Origin: a virus
Taxonomy: Duplodnaviria; Heunggongvirae; Uroviricota; Caudoviricetes
DNA length: 64,000 nucleotides
Virus record (IMG/VR): IMGVR_UViG_3300027851_000011
Direction: 5' to 3' (one strand)
Shown here piece after piece: positions 9,861 to 19,787 of the stretch. Every line of letters starts with the position of its first letter. The first letter of the stretch is position 1. Under the pieces are notes generated by a model that searched no databases, was not told where the DNA came from, and was given only the letters and a program-made list of their open reading frames with translations. Both the position numbers and the translations under genes were made by a program.

Positions 9861-10345
9861 TGTCCGTCATCGCGTTCGACGTCGACTACAAACGCATTCA
9901 CGCGTGGTCGACCAAGATCGGTCGGGTGTGCTACAACGCACCCGACTGGCGACCGTACGCTGACACCATCGCGTCGCACGATGCGATCCTGATGGAAGTG
10001 TTCTCACCGACCTTCTATCAGGAGTCGACGGGCAGCAGATCGAAAGACAAAGCGATCATCACCAACAAGATGAAGATGGCGCTGTTCAATGCGCGTATCT
10101 GCGGCGAGCTGTACTCGTACTTCATTCAAAGGTACGGTCATGCATTCGCTGATCGCATGCTCGTCGCGCCGTCGTCTGGTTGGACGCTGGGCTACCCAGA
10201 AGATCTCCGTCACGAGATGGCTGGCGTCACAGGACAAGACAACCACGACCTTCGCGAATGTCGTGCGATGCTCTTCTTCCACAGCCGAAACCCCAAGAAG
10301 TGGCAGCGCGTCGCTGACTACTACGAAACCTACTCTGTCCCATGA
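9860..10345 (+). CDS. putative RuvC-like Holliday junction resolvase
   Basis: N-terminal VIAFDVD and downstream ILME, an RNase H-fold pattern; size and context fit. Confidence 0.5.
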   Translation: MSVIAFDVDYKRIHAWSTKIGRVCYNAPDWRPYADTIASHDAILMEVFSPTFYQESTGSRSKDKAIITNKMKMALFNARICGELYSYFIQRYGHAFADRMLVAPSSGWTLGYPEDLRHEMAGVTGQDNHDLRECRAMLFFHSRNPKKWQRVADYYETYSVP

Positions 10346-11010
10346 AAGTGAAAACCATGTCTGATGATCCCCAGACGCAGCTGGCTCCGCCGGTCTTCGT
10401 CATCATCCGCGAAGGCGCTCGCATCGGCAAGCGCACGGACCTCAACCTCTTCCAGTTCGGCGGCCTCTCGGCCGTCGAAGTCTTCAATCCGCGCCGCTCG
10501 CCGACGCTGATGGCGAAGAAGGACATCGAGCTGCGCGCTGGTGGTGTCTACCGCGTGCACACGGGCCTCGCCACCAAGGACATCGGCCTGTTCGCTGGTC
10601 ACTACCAGACGACCAAGGAGGCGCTGCTGGCCGCTGGCATCCAGGTCGTGCGTGTCGATGTCGACCAGACTGGCGAGCTGGTGCTCTTCGCCATCGCCCA
10701 GGCCAACTGGACGTTCGACAGCGCTGTGCCGCTGATCGAGGTCTTCCTGCCCTGTGACCCCACGGTTCTCACGGCCGAACAGCAGCGCATCGACTCCGTG
10801 GCCGGCGCTGCCGTGTCGACCTCCGTCGAGCCTTCGGCGGCGCGTGAAACCAGCGTCGGCAAGGCCGTCGCCAACGAGGTCAGCGACGAGCAGTTCAAGA
10901 ACTGGCTCGACAACGACGACAAGGCCAGCAAGCAGACCGGCCAGCCGGCCCCGCCGGTGAGCTTCCCGCCGGTGAGCGCGCTCCCGGCGCAGGTCAAGCC
11001 CCTGCGCTGA
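10342..11010 (+). CDS. degenerate dUTPase-fold protein
   Basis: IELRAGGVYRVHTGLA...GIQVVRVDVDQTGELVLFA follows the trimeric dUTPase pattern, but the catalytic motifs look altered. Confidence 0.45.
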   Translation: MKVKTMSDDPQTQLAPPVFVIIREGARIGKRTDLNLFQFGGLSAVEVFNPRRSPTLMAKKDIELRAGGVYRVHTGLATKDIGLFAGHYQTTKEALLAAGIQVVRVDVDQTGELVLFAIAQANWTFDSAVPLIEVFLPCDPTVLTAEQQRIDSVAGAAVSTSVEPSAARETSVGKAVANEVSDEQFKNWLDNDDKASKQTGQPAPPVSFPPVSALPAQVKPLR

Positions 11011-11139
11011 GACACGCGGGTTTTGAGGGTGATGGGTTCCCTTGACTTTGGGCTTGTCAAGCCCATAGTCCAGGGCTGTGAGAGCCGTGCCCGACGGGCT
11101 ACGGCGCCACCCCTTCGCCCTCGACGCCAGGAGCACGCC

Positions 11140-11670
11140 ATGCCGGTACAGCCGACCGCAGGCCACCCTTCCACTTCAGCGTTCACGATGAAGGGCCAGC
11201 CACCCTACATCCGAGATCTGAGCACCGCACCGCACCCGTATGGCCTCATCGCCTACGGGTTGCTTCGTGAAGAGGGACTGCTGCGGACGATGTGCTTCCT
11301 CGACAATGAATATGGACAGCATTCGGTCAGTGAAGTGCACATCCTTTCCGCTCGTGTCGTCGGCAGTGTGAATGCAATGTTCTCGAAATGGAATCGGAAG
11401 CTGCGCGTGTTCGGTGTTGCTCCCTTCCGCGCCCGTCACCACCACATCGAAGTCCACTGGTGCTACGTCGATGAGGCATGCGTCTGCCTCGAAAACATCG
11501 CGTACCAGAAGATGATCCTGAATCTCTATCCGCTCAGCAAGCGCGCTCCCACTGACGAGACCGAACGTTCGGAGCCCATGCGCGGCTCGAAGCGGACCAA
11601 GGCGATCGCAACTGGCAAAGCCTCCGCCTACGAGCCTGAAGACGCTGAAGAGTTCGCACTCGCCGAGTGA
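11140..11670 (+). CDS. hypothetical protein
   Basis: AGGAG RBS before the ATG at 11140. Confidence 0.6.
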   Translation: MPVQPTAGHPSTSAFTMKGQPPYIRDLSTAPHPYGLIAYGLLREEGLLRTMCFLDNEYGQHSVSEVHILSARVVGSVNAMFSKWNRKLRVFGVAPFRARHHHIEVHWCYVDEACVCLENIAYQKMILNLYPLSKRAPTDETERSEPMRGSKRTKAIATGKASAYEPEDAEEFALAE

Positions 11671-11702
11671 CGAACAGCCAACGAAAACCGAAAAGGAAAA
11701 CC

Positions 11703-12533
11703 GTGACAGACCCCATCGTGAAGTGCAAGCACTTCAAGATGCCCATGCGCGCGAGCCACTGCATCACCAAGTGCGGCTACGTGATCATGGGCAACAAGCC
11801 GTGCCAGGACATCGCCACGGCCATCGACGAGCAGGAGGCCGTGCTGATCCCCACGATCGCATCGCTGCCGTGCTCAGCACCGTTCGTTCGCGCGTTCCCT
11901 GTGGACGTCGAGCGAGCGCGCTCCTATGCGACCACCAACATCATCCCGGCCAAGACCAAAGCCAAACCGGAGAAGGCGCCCGAGCCACCGCCGGCCCCGG
12001 CACCTGAACCGGCGATCGAGAAGGACAACAAGATGAGCGATGCTCCCCAGCCCGCGCAGCCTGAAGCTCCTGAAGCTCCTGCTGCTCCGGCTGTTCCTGC
12101 GGCTCCGGCCGCGACCACCGAGCCGCCGGCCGATCCGCCCGCTGCTCCCGCTGCCGAGGCACCGCGTCGCGGTCGCCGCAAGGCCGCTGAACCGAAACCC
12201 GAAAAGGACGACCCTATGCCCCGTGGCATCCCCAACGACACCACCAAGCCCCGCCGCAAGAAGGCCGCCGCGCTCCCCGCGAGCGGGCTGCTCATCTTCG
12301 TCGAGACGCGCGCCGGGTCCGGCAAGTTCTCACAGGCTGACGGCGACCTCGGCAAGATGCTCGCGCTGAAGGCTGCCGGCAAGCGCGTCATCGTCGTCTC
12401 CGAGTTCGAGGAAGCCCAGGCCGACGACAAGGCCATGATCTTCACCGAGACCCGCAAGGACTCCGGCAAGTTCGTGCTGGGCAGCGAGAAGCGCCCGCGC
12501 GCCATCAAGGTCGTGCAGCACCACGAGCTGTAA
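11703..12533 (+). CDS. hypothetical protein with Cys-rich N-terminus and Pro/Ala linker
   Basis: GTG after AAGGA; strong codon bias. Confidence 0.65.
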   Translation: MTDPIVKCKHFKMPMRASHCITKCGYVIMGNKPCQDIATAIDEQEAVLIPTIASLPCSAPFVRAFPVDVERARSYATTNIIPAKTKAKPEKAPEPPPAPAPEPAIEKDNKMSDAPQPAQPEAPEAPAAPAVPAAPAATTEPPADPPAAPAAEAPRRGRRKAAEPKPEKDDPMPRGIPNDTTKPRRKKAAALPASGLLIFVETRAGSGKFSQADGDLGKMLALKAAGKRVIVVSEFEEAQADDKAMIFTETRKDSGKFVLGSEKRPRAIKVVQHHEL

Positions 12534-12553
12534 CCTGTTCGACCATGAACTAC

Positions 12554-12594
12554 AGACGCCCGCCATCGTTCACACATGGCGGGCGTCTTCTTTA
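12554..12594 (+). terminator. intrinsic terminator
   Basis: 13-bp stem AGACGCCCGCCAT/ATGGCGGGCGTCT followed by TCTTT. Confidence 0.75.
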
Positions 12595-12624
12595 CCTGAA
12601 GCGTCCATTACAAGAACACGAGCT

Positions 12625-12882
12625 GTGACCACTAAAAAGCCCGACAACCTGCGCGTTGCCCTGGTGTCTCTGAACCCAGAGCATCTATCGCGCGAGACAC
12701 GTGAAGCCTATCGACAAGGGTTGCGTGTTCTCATCGCGACGAACCGCGTCGATCGACCAACATTACCACTCGCAGTAGCGATGATCGAGAAGCTGAGCAC
12801 AGTACGAACGTCCTTCATCCCAAACCCCAGTACTGATTCCGACATCTTCGGATTTCTCAAAATAAAAGAGCCCGCGCAGTAA
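12625..12882 (+). CDS. hypothetical protein
   Basis: 85-aa ORF; last gene of the + block. Confidence 0.5.
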   Translation: MTTKKPDNLRVALVSLNPEHLSRETREAYRQGLRVLIATNRVDRPTLPLAVAMIEKLSTVRTSFIPNPSTDSDIFGFLKIKEPAQ

Positions 12883-12902
12883 GCGCGGGCTCTTCCTTTT
12901 TC
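12860..12902. terminator. likely bidirectional terminator at the +/- convergence
   Basis: AAGAGCCCGCGC-AGTAA-GCGCGGGCTCTT with an A-rich tract before and a T tract after. Confidence 0.8.
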
Positions 12903-12915
12903 CATACCTGGAGCG

Positions 12916-13899
12916 TCAGCCGAAACGCGTCATCGGCAGCATGGGCGTCTTGGTCAGCGCACGCTGACCAGCGATGCCAGCCAGGGCTCCAGCACCAGCA
13001 CCGAGCGCGGCTCCAATGCCGCCAGCGAGCCGGCTCTTCGGCTTGCCATTCTCATCCTTCTCTGCGAGCGCGTTGCCGAGCGCATAGCCGCCGAGTGCAC
13101 CAGCAGCGCCGCCGACGAGCGGGGCGCCCTTGGCGAGGTCATTGACCATGAACTGCCGCTTGGCACCAGCGTGCTGCTCGGGCGTCATGAGCTGCTCGGC
13201 GACCTTGAAGTATTCAGCGGCCCAGAACTCGGACTGTTTCATTTGCTCGGGGTCCTCACCGGCGATGAAGCGCCAGTACGGGTGGTTCTGGTCGCCGCCG
13301 GCCATGTCGTTCGAGACATGCTCGACGGGACCGATGGCGTCGATCACATCAGCCTTGGGGTGCACGCGGAACTCTTCGCCAGTCGCGAGGCTCTGCATGA
13401 CATGCGAGCCATCGGCTTCAGTGCGCAGGATGTGCGCGATGTCGTTGCCGTTGCGGTGGGTCACGGCGTAGGCGAGGTTGTCACCGGCAGCCGGGCCCGT
13501 CGGAGCAGCAGGAGCCAGGGGCGCCGCAGGAGCCGGCGCGACGGTCACAGGAGCCGAAGCGGCCGGAACCACAGGGGCAGGCGCCACGGCCTTCGGCTCT
13601 TCAGCCTTAGGGCTCGGCCCAGTCGGCTTCGGCTTCGACGACTTCAGCTTCTCGAACGGGTTGATGCCAGACCAGTCCGCAGCAACAGCGCCGGCACCCA
13701 TGCCGGCGATACCGCCAAGGCCAGCGCCGATGCCTGCACGGTTCCAGCGGCTCTCGCCGTTCTCAGTGTCAGCGGTCAGCGCGCCGACGCCGGCACCAAG
13801 TCCCGCACCAAGCAGCGCGCCGCCGCCCATCGACACAGCGGGATTCCGCCAGGACGGGAGTGCGAGCGCAGTCTTGGTGAGGTCCAGCGACGGCAGCAC
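12916..13899 (-). CDS. Gly-rich putative virion protein (EFWAAEYFKVA motif)
   Basis: GxxxG zipper segments; lies in the structural operon. Confidence 0.7.
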   Translation of the reverse strand: MLPSLDLTKTALALPSWRNPAVSMGGGALLGAGLGAGVGALTADTENGESRWNRAGIGAGLGGIAGMGAGAVAADWSGINPFEKLKSSKPKPTGPSPKAEEPKAVAPAPVVPAASAPVTVAPAPAAPLAPAAPTGPAAGDNLAYAVTHRNGNDIAHILRTEADGSHVMQSLATGEEFRVHPKADVIDAIGPVEHVSNDMAGGDQNHPYWRFIAGEDPEQMKQSEFWAAEYFKVAEQLMTPEQHAGAKRQFMVNDLAKGAPLVGGAAGALGGYALGNALAEKDENGKPKSRLAGGIGAALGAGAGALAGIAGQRALTKTPMLPMTRFG

Positions 13900-13901
13900 G
13901 G

Positions 13902-14369
13902 TCAGACCCGGCTGATAGCCTGTTCAGCAGCGAGACGGCCTGAATGGCGACTCGCCATGTAGTCGCCGAGGCCCGCGCCGGCCGCACCGCCCAGGTAGCC
14001 GCCGAGTCCACCGCCGATCAGTGCGCCACGGCCAGCGCCGCCCGGCTTCCCGCTCAGGGCACCGAGGCCAGCGCCGATGCCAGCGCCAGCGAGGCCGCCG
14101 CCAGCCAGACCAGCAATGCCGCCGGCAAGGCTTCCGCCGATGCCATAGAGACCGCTGATGGCACCGTCACCAACGCCCGTGTCGGCTTCAGCCTTCGCAC
14201 GCTCTTCTGGCGACAGGTCCGCATCGTCGAGGGTCTGGTTGAAGCCCCTGTGAGCACCGATCGCACCGATCGGGTCGAAGCCCGTGACGAGTCCACGTCC
14301 GATGATGCGACCGCCGACATCGGCAGTCTTGGTGGCATGGTACTCAGTGGCCCAGAACTCGTGGGTCAT
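13902..14369 (-). CDS. Gly-zipper putative virion protein (EFWATEYHATKTA)
   Basis: Start after AAGGA; long Gly-zipper. Confidence 0.7.
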   Translation of the reverse strand: MTHEFWATEYHATKTADVGGRIIGRGLVTGFDPIGAIGAHRGFNQTLDDADLSPEERAKAEADTGVGDGAISGLYGIGGSLAGGIAGLAGGGLAGAGIGAGLGALSGKPGGAGRGALIGGGLGGYLGGAAGAGLGDYMASRHSGRLAAEQAISRV

Positions 14370-14392
14370 GGCGTGATCCTTGTGCGCTTGGC

Positions 14393-15208
14393 TTAGACAG
14401 CGTCGCCGACGCTGGCGATGGTGGAGCCGCTGCTGGTGCTGAACTCCAGCGGCACGGCGGCGTCGCACTGGAAGTTCACGGCCTCGGTGACCAGCGTCGA
14501 CGACGAGCTGATGCCGAAGCTGTGGCTGGTGATGAAGCAGTCCTCGCAGTAGAACGCGCCGTAGTTGCGGTTCCGGTTGTCGCGCAGGACGACGCCCAGG
14601 CCGAAGGGGTGCGAGAACAGCTCCGACATCAGGTTGATGAAGAAGCTGTGTCCAGCGCCGCCCAGCTCGGGGTCAGGATCGGCGAGCGAGCCCGGCTCGA
14701 AGTAGATCGGCGGGAAGGTCTCGTTCAGCCCGTTGCCGCCCTGAAGGACAGCCTTGCCGACGCTGTCCTTGCCGCCCTGGAGCTGCTTGCCGTTCGCCAT
14801 CTGGATGGTGTTCGGGTAGTAGGCGTAGAGGACGCGCATCAGCGAGGGGCCGTAGAACATCACGCGGCCGATGCTGCCGACGACCTGCACGCGCCCGCCG
14901 GCCTGATAGCTGCGGCGCGAGCCGATCTCGAACATCTTCTGCACGGTCTGGGCCTGCTGGAGGGAGAACTGTTCCAGCAGACCGACCGGGTAGAGGGCGT
15001 CACGCCCGCTGCCGCCGTTGGTCAGCCCAGCGTTCTGGGCGGCCAGGGTGACGTTGGCGTTGAGACCGCCGATGTCGGTGATGCGCGGCGGGCCGACGTA
15101 CACCAGCGCGGTCTCCGCGTTGATGTAGCGGCCCGAGCGCACTGCCGATTCCACGTGCTTCGTGGCGCGGTTCCAGCTGGCGATCGAGGTGGTCGCATTC
15201 AGAGGCAT
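14393..15208 (-). CDS. tail tube protein
   Basis: Directly follows the sheath gene; beta-rich, with FEIGS...Y and CFITSHSFGISSSSTLVTEAVNF segments typical of tube proteins. Confidence 0.7.
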   Translation of the reverse strand: MPLNATTSIASWNRATKHVESAVRSGRYINAETALVYVGPPRITDIGGLNANVTLAAQNAGLTNGGSGRDALYPVGLLEQFSLQQAQTVQKMFEIGSRRSYQAGGRVQVVGSIGRVMFYGPSLMRVLYAYYPNTIQMANGKQLQGGKDSVGKAVLQGGNGLNETFPPIYFEPGSLADPDPELGGAGHSFFINLMSELFSHPFGLGVVLRDNRNRNYGAFYCEDCFITSHSFGISSSSTLVTEAVNFQCDAAVPLEFSTSSGSTIASVGDAV

Positions 15209-15220
15209 GGCAGCGTCCTA

Positions 15221-17833
15221 TCAGATGAAGAGGGTGACGTAGATCTTGTTGGCCGGGTACGGCACCTTCAGCCCGATCTCGATGATCACGGTGTCCGGCT
15301 CGTCCGGGTTCTGGTAGAGCTTCTCCAGCGTGGTGCCCTGGAGCATGCTCTCCGCAGCGACGAGGCCACGGATCAGCGACTCAGCGATGCCGCGCAGCTG
15401 GGTCAGGTACTCTTCCGTGATGTTCTTGTTGCCGATGAACGGCTTCAGCGAACGGCGGATGTACTTCGAGGCGAAGTCCACGTTCTTGATGATCGAGAAC
15501 TCGCGAGTCAGCAGCGACTCCATGTCGGTCGTCAGCTGGTGGCGGCTGTACGGCGCGGCATTGATGTTGTCCTGCACCAGCATGCAGTTGCCGCCCTCGG
15601 CGATCGTGTTCAGCTGGTCAGGGGTGAAGTAGGTGTTGCTGTGGTAGATGCGGTTGATGCCGGGGATCGGCACGTTCGTCATCGGCTGCTGCGGAGCGTT
15701 GGCGCAGCAGAGGCCAGCGAACACGGCGGCAGCGAAGTAGCCGGGGACGATGACGTCCTTGTCGGTCTGGGTCGCGGCGATGGTGTCGGTGTAGGTGATC
15801 TCGACGAGATCCGGGCGGATCAGCAGCACGCGAGCGTCGTCGAGCGACTTCGCGTAGTCGCGCCACTCTTCAGCCTGCTCCTGCTTGGTGAAGGGGTAGC
15901 TGTCGATCTTGAACACCTGCGCGTTGCCAGCGTAGTCGGACGCGAAGGTGCCGATGACGGTGGCGCGCTTGTTCGGGATGTCGACCGAGAAGATGCGCTT
16001 GGTCTCGATGACCGTGGCGAGCGCCGTGGCGTCCGACATGATCTTGATCACGTCGCCGGGGTTCACGAGGCTCCAGTCGATGCCCTGGCTCTCGAAGAGC
16101 GCGAGGTTCGCACCGGGGCCGACGATGCCGTCGGTGGGCAGCGGGTCACCGGCGATAGCCGGCACGACGTTCAGGGTCGAGACGATGCCGGTGCTGGCGA
16201 TCAGCACACGCTCGTGCTTGTTCGCCGGCTGGCTCTGCGCATCGACGTGCGCCTTGAAGAGCGAGATGATCGCCTTGTCCTGGGTCGCGGGGACGACGTA
16301 GTAGACGTCCTCGGTCTCCAGCACGTCCATCGCGGCCTGATAGTCGCTCAGGGTCGGGCCATCAGTCACCAGCGCGTAGAAGATGCGGGTGCCATCGGTC
16401 AGGCCGCTGCGGGTGACCATGTCGGCCATCAGCGCGATCGGGTTCTGCGGGCAGATGGGGCCGAGCACGTCGAGGATCTCGCGCTGGCTCGCCAGCGGGA
16501 TCAGGCCCTCGACGCCCAGGTCGTTGCGATCGGCCTCGTAGCTCACCAGCACGCTGCCGGTGTAGCCGCTGGTCACGCGCTTCACGAGGTCGTAGCTGGC
16601 GACGCTGTTGCGGAACGGGATGCCGCGCCGCACGGTGACGGCAGTGGCAGCCGACAGGGTCATGGCGCTGACGAGCACGATGCGGGTCGGGGTGGCCGAC
16701 TCGACTTCGAACTCGGCGGTCACGCCGCCAATCACGGCCTCGATGATGTCGCCGGCAGCGTTGTTCTGGTCGGCGCGGCCACGCAGCACGCGCAGCAGCT
16801 TCATGTTGGCCGAGGCGCCGCCGCCGGCAGTCACGGTGCCGGTGCCAGTCTGGCCGACGCGGATGATGGTCGCGGTGTTGCTGTTCTTGTTCAGCGCGAC
16901 GATCTTGAAGTCGCCGTTCGCGTTGGCGATCGAGTCCTGGTCGATGCGCAGGAAGTCGCCGACCTGGGCAGCCGCGATGAGCGCGTTCCAGGCGTTGACG
17001 ACGTTGGACGCCTGACCGCTCATCGACAGGATGACCTGATCCGCGCTGGTCGGCGCAGGCACCATGAAGAAGGGCGCGGCCGGGTAGTCGGCGTTGGCGA
17101 TCGAGAACGGGTTGCCACCGGGGCTGACGAGGCCGACATCAGCGACGTCGGTGTCCGAGCCGTTGATCACGGCAGTGCCGCTGACGTTGGCGAAGCCAGT
17201 GATGTTGAAGCTCTTGCTCACGACCTTCACGCCGGTCGCGACGCTGGCGAGCTTCTCCACCTTCACCGCGTTCGAGCCGGTGCCGGCACCGACCAGACGG
17301 TAGATGCGGTAGGAGCCGGCCATCGAGGCGGGAGCGTTGATCACCACGTCGGTGTCGTTCGCAGTCGCCTGGAGCGAGAGGAAGTCGACGGTGTCGTCGG
17401 TGAAGGTCACGGTGTCGGGCTTGCCGGCGCCGTAGTCGTCGTCCGAGGTCGAGTTCGGCTGGTTGTTGTTGCGCGAGCTGAGCAGGCTGTAGCTCAGCGC
17501 GAAGGTCTGGGCCAGCTCGATCAGATCGCCCTCGGGCGAGAGCTGCGCGTCGGGCGACGCGATCTCGAAGAGGCCGAGCTGCTTGCCGCCGAAGCTCTTC
17601 GCGTCGAGCAGCACCTTGAAGGTGCTCGGGTCGATCACGGCGCCGGGCTTCAGGTTCGGGACAGCCGCCTGGAAGGCGTCACCCGAGGTGTAGTCGCCGG
17701 CCTTCGCGCGGTACTCGATCTGGCGAGCCGGGCCGACCACCACGACGGGCAGCTGGGGCAGATCGCGGTTGGCCAGCGTGGTGCGCCGCTTCTGCGTGAC
17801 GATGACATCGGGCGGGCTGTAGGGAGAAGGCAT
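15221..17833 (-). CDS. contractile tail sheath protein
   Basis: 870 aa; sheath-like C-terminus (HQLTT...PDTVIIEIGLKVPYPANKIYVTL). Confidence 0.85.
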   Translation of the reverse strand: MPSPYSPPDVIVTQKRRTTLANRDLPQLPVVVVGPARQIEYRAKAGDYTSGDAFQAAVPNLKPGAVIDPSTFKVLLDAKSFGGKQLGLFEIASPDAQLSPEGDLIELAQTFALSYSLLSSRNNNQPNSTSDDDYGAGKPDTVTFTDDTVDFLSLQATANDTDVVINAPASMAGSYRIYRLVGAGTGSNAVKVEKLASVATGVKVVSKSFNITGFANVSGTAVINGSDTDVADVGLVSPGGNPFSIANADYPAAPFFMVPAPTSADQVILSMSGQASNVVNAWNALIAAAQVGDFLRIDQDSIANANGDFKIVALNKNSNTATIIRVGQTGTGTVTAGGGASANMKLLRVLRGRADQNNAAGDIIEAVIGGVTAEFEVESATPTRIVLVSAMTLSAATAVTVRRGIPFRNSVASYDLVKRVTSGYTGSVLVSYEADRNDLGVEGLIPLASQREILDVLGPICPQNPIALMADMVTRSGLTDGTRIFYALVTDGPTLSDYQAAMDVLETEDVYYVVPATQDKAIISLFKAHVDAQSQPANKHERVLIASTGIVSTLNVVPAIAGDPLPTDGIVGPGANLALFESQGIDWSLVNPGDVIKIMSDATALATVIETKRIFSVDIPNKRATVIGTFASDYAGNAQVFKIDSYPFTKQEQAEEWRDYAKSLDDARVLLIRPDLVEITYTDTIAATQTDKDVIVPGYFAAAVFAGLCCANAPQQPMTNVPIPGINRIYHSNTYFTPDQLNTIAEGGNCMLVQDNINAAPYSRHQLTTDMESLLTREFSIIKNVDFASKYIRRSLKPFIGNKNITEEYLTQLRGIAESLIRGLVAAESMLQGTTLEKLYQNPDEPDTVIIEIGLKVPYPANKIYVTLFI

Positions 17834-17942
17834 GGTCCGGTCCTATCGGTGATCGTGTGGGCTCAGATCCTGGTACGCAGGATACGCTTGGGCGCGTTGC
17901 CAGCAACAGGATGAGGGAAAGGTGACGACATTACTTGTGTTT

Positions 17943-18581
17943 TCAGCCACCCTGAGGGGTGGCATCGAGAGACGCGAGCTTGAGCGAGTTGGCCTTGTAT
18001 CGCTGCACGATCTGCACGTGGTTCATGTGGTTCGCCAGCTCAGTGATCTGGTATGATTCCTGAGTCTGAACACGAACAGAGACCGTCGTCGACCACGGCT
18101 CGCCCTTGATGTTGGCGAGCTGCTGTGGCGCGCTGACGCTGAGTGGCGCGATGTCGTAGATGTCGAACTCGCGCATCATGTCGCCACGATACATCTTCAG
18201 GATCTGGTAGGCGATCGACGCGAGCACCTCGCTCTGCGTCTTGTTGCCAGCCTCGCACTGGATGTAGACGTTGGTCGTGCACAGGTCGCTGTACTGGCGT
18301 TCGTCAGTCGCGCCGCCAACATGGTTCAGCAGGTGCAGGCCCTGTGGTTGGAAATCGCTGCGGTAGACGCAGATCAGCAGACGGTTGCCGCTGCGATCGA
18401 AGCCGGTGCGGCCTTCGGGATCACAGATCCACAGCTTCGAGTTCTTCGGGTCGCTCTGCACGAACCGGAACGGATTCTTCCCGTCGATCAGTCGCTCTTC
18501 GGCGAACGCCGCCTGGAGCGCCGCCAGGATGACGTCGACCGCCTTGAGCGCGTGCAGCCGGATGTCGAGTGCGTCAGACAT
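17943..18581 (-). CDS. putative tail terminator/completion protein
   Basis: Position just upstream of the sheath; 212 aa. Confidence 0.45.
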   Translation of the reverse strand: MSDALDIRLHALKAVDVILAALQAAFAEERLIDGKNPFRFVQSDPKNSKLWICDPEGRTGFDRSGNRLLICVYRSDFQPQGLHLLNHVGGATDERQYSDLCTTNVYIQCEAGNKTQSEVLASIAYQILKMYRGDMMREFDIYDIAPLSVSAPQQLANIKGEPWSTTVSVRVQTQESYQITELANHMNHVQIVQRYKANSLKLASLDATPQGG

Positions 18582-18964
18582 CAGACGAGTGCGCTCAGCG
18601 GCGCATCAGGGCGGGGCTGCGGCGTGCCAGCGGTGGAGAGTAGGTTCGAGGTGTGCGGATCAGACGCAGCCAGATGGCTGGTCGCCGACGCAGCGAGCGC
18701 GCCGATGAGTGCATCACGCGGGATGCCAGCGGCCACGAGGTTGTTCAGGCCGGGAACGGTGTTGATGACGCGACCGAACAGCACGCCCATCAATGCACCA
18801 AGAGCAGCGTCCTGCGCTGCCGCTGCGGTCTTGGTCGGGAAGTGCAGCATGGCGTCGACGGACGCCGTCGCCTTCTTGAAGCCCTTGAACTGTATTGCAC
18901 CGGGGATTGCACCCGGTTTGTCGGGAGCAGCACGCTGCGGCATGGAGAACGGAGTGCGCGGCAT
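18581..18964 (-). CDS. hypothetical virion-module protein
   Basis: Coupled ORF containing KKATA and KTAAAA. Confidence 0.55.
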   Translation of the reverse strand: MPRTPFSMPQRAAPDKPGAIPGAIQFKGFKKATASVDAMLHFPTKTAAAAQDAALGALMGVLFGRVINTVPGLNNLVAAGIPRDALIGALAASATSHLAASDPHTSNLLSTAGTPQPRPDAPLSALV

Positions 18965-18965
18965 G

Positions 18966-19787
18966 TCAGACCTTCACCAGATCCCAGCTCTTCCCGCCGA
19001 TCGACGCAGAGGTCTCCGGCACGGGGATGCTGTAGGCGACGTGATTATCATCGAGCTTCGTCGCAGTGCAAAGCTGCGAAACAGGGTATCCACGGTGCGT
19101 GTACTGGACGACACGGTTCACGTGGTATCGAGTTCCGACCACACGGTCGACGATCAGATCGTCGACACCGACCCACGGGTTGTTCGACAGCTCGATCAGC
19201 TCTTCGCTCGGTTCGACACGGCCGATCATCTGCATCGCAGCCACGGTGCGCGGAGCAGGAACGATGCCAGTCATGAGCAGCGGCTTGCAGTAGCCGTCGT
19301 TGTATCCGGTGCCGAAGCAGATGGGGCAGTCGGCATCGGCAGGAAGCTGACGTTCGGGGTGCCAGCAGCGCGAGCACTTCGAGCCCCACTGCTTGCGAAC
19401 GAGCGCAGCCAGCGCGACGCCATTCTTCACGACCATCGAAACGTTCTTCTTCCTGATCATCTCCAGCGCGATGTTGTCAGGGTCGTGCACGAGATAGACG
19501 GGCTCGGAGTCCGTGTAGCCGTCACCGACAGTCGACGCGACGCGAACGCGGTAGTACCACGTGCGCATGCTCGTTGGGCCTTCGACGTCGAAGTCGTAGT
19601 AGTGGAAGCTGCCGGTCTCGATCTCGCTGACGAGATCCCACGGACCATCCTGGCCCTGGCTGCGGAACACCTCGAATGCGATCTTGTCGAGCGGATACGC
19701 CGTGGGCGTCAGAGCCCACCGAACCAGCAGACTGTCGGCGCGCGTGCAGCGAACGTGGACGAACTTGAAGGTCGGGAGGTCAGGCAT
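18966..19787 (-). CDS. putative neck/head-closure protein
   Basis: FN3-like N-terminus (VRW...FEVFRS...WYYRVRV) and CSRC...CPICFGTGY zinc motif; context. Confidence 0.5.
   Translation of the reverse strand: MPDLPTFKFVHVRCTRADSLLVRWALTPTAYPLDKIAFEVFRSQGQDGPWDLVSEIETGSFHYYDFDVEGPTSMRTWYYRVRVASTVGDGYTDSEPVYLVHDPDNIALEMIRKKNVSMVVKNGVALAALVRKQWGSKCSRCWHPERQLPADADCPICFGTGYNDGYCKPLLMTGIVPAPRTVAAMQMIGRVEPSEELIELSNNPWVGVDDLIVDRVVGTRYHVNRVVQYTHRGYPVSQLCTATKLDDNHVAYSIPVPETSASIGGKSWDLVKV

Noticed and set aside
14522-17914. 1130-aa + strand ORF
   Set aside because: Antisense shadow of the sheath and tube genes, caused by high-GC codon bias.
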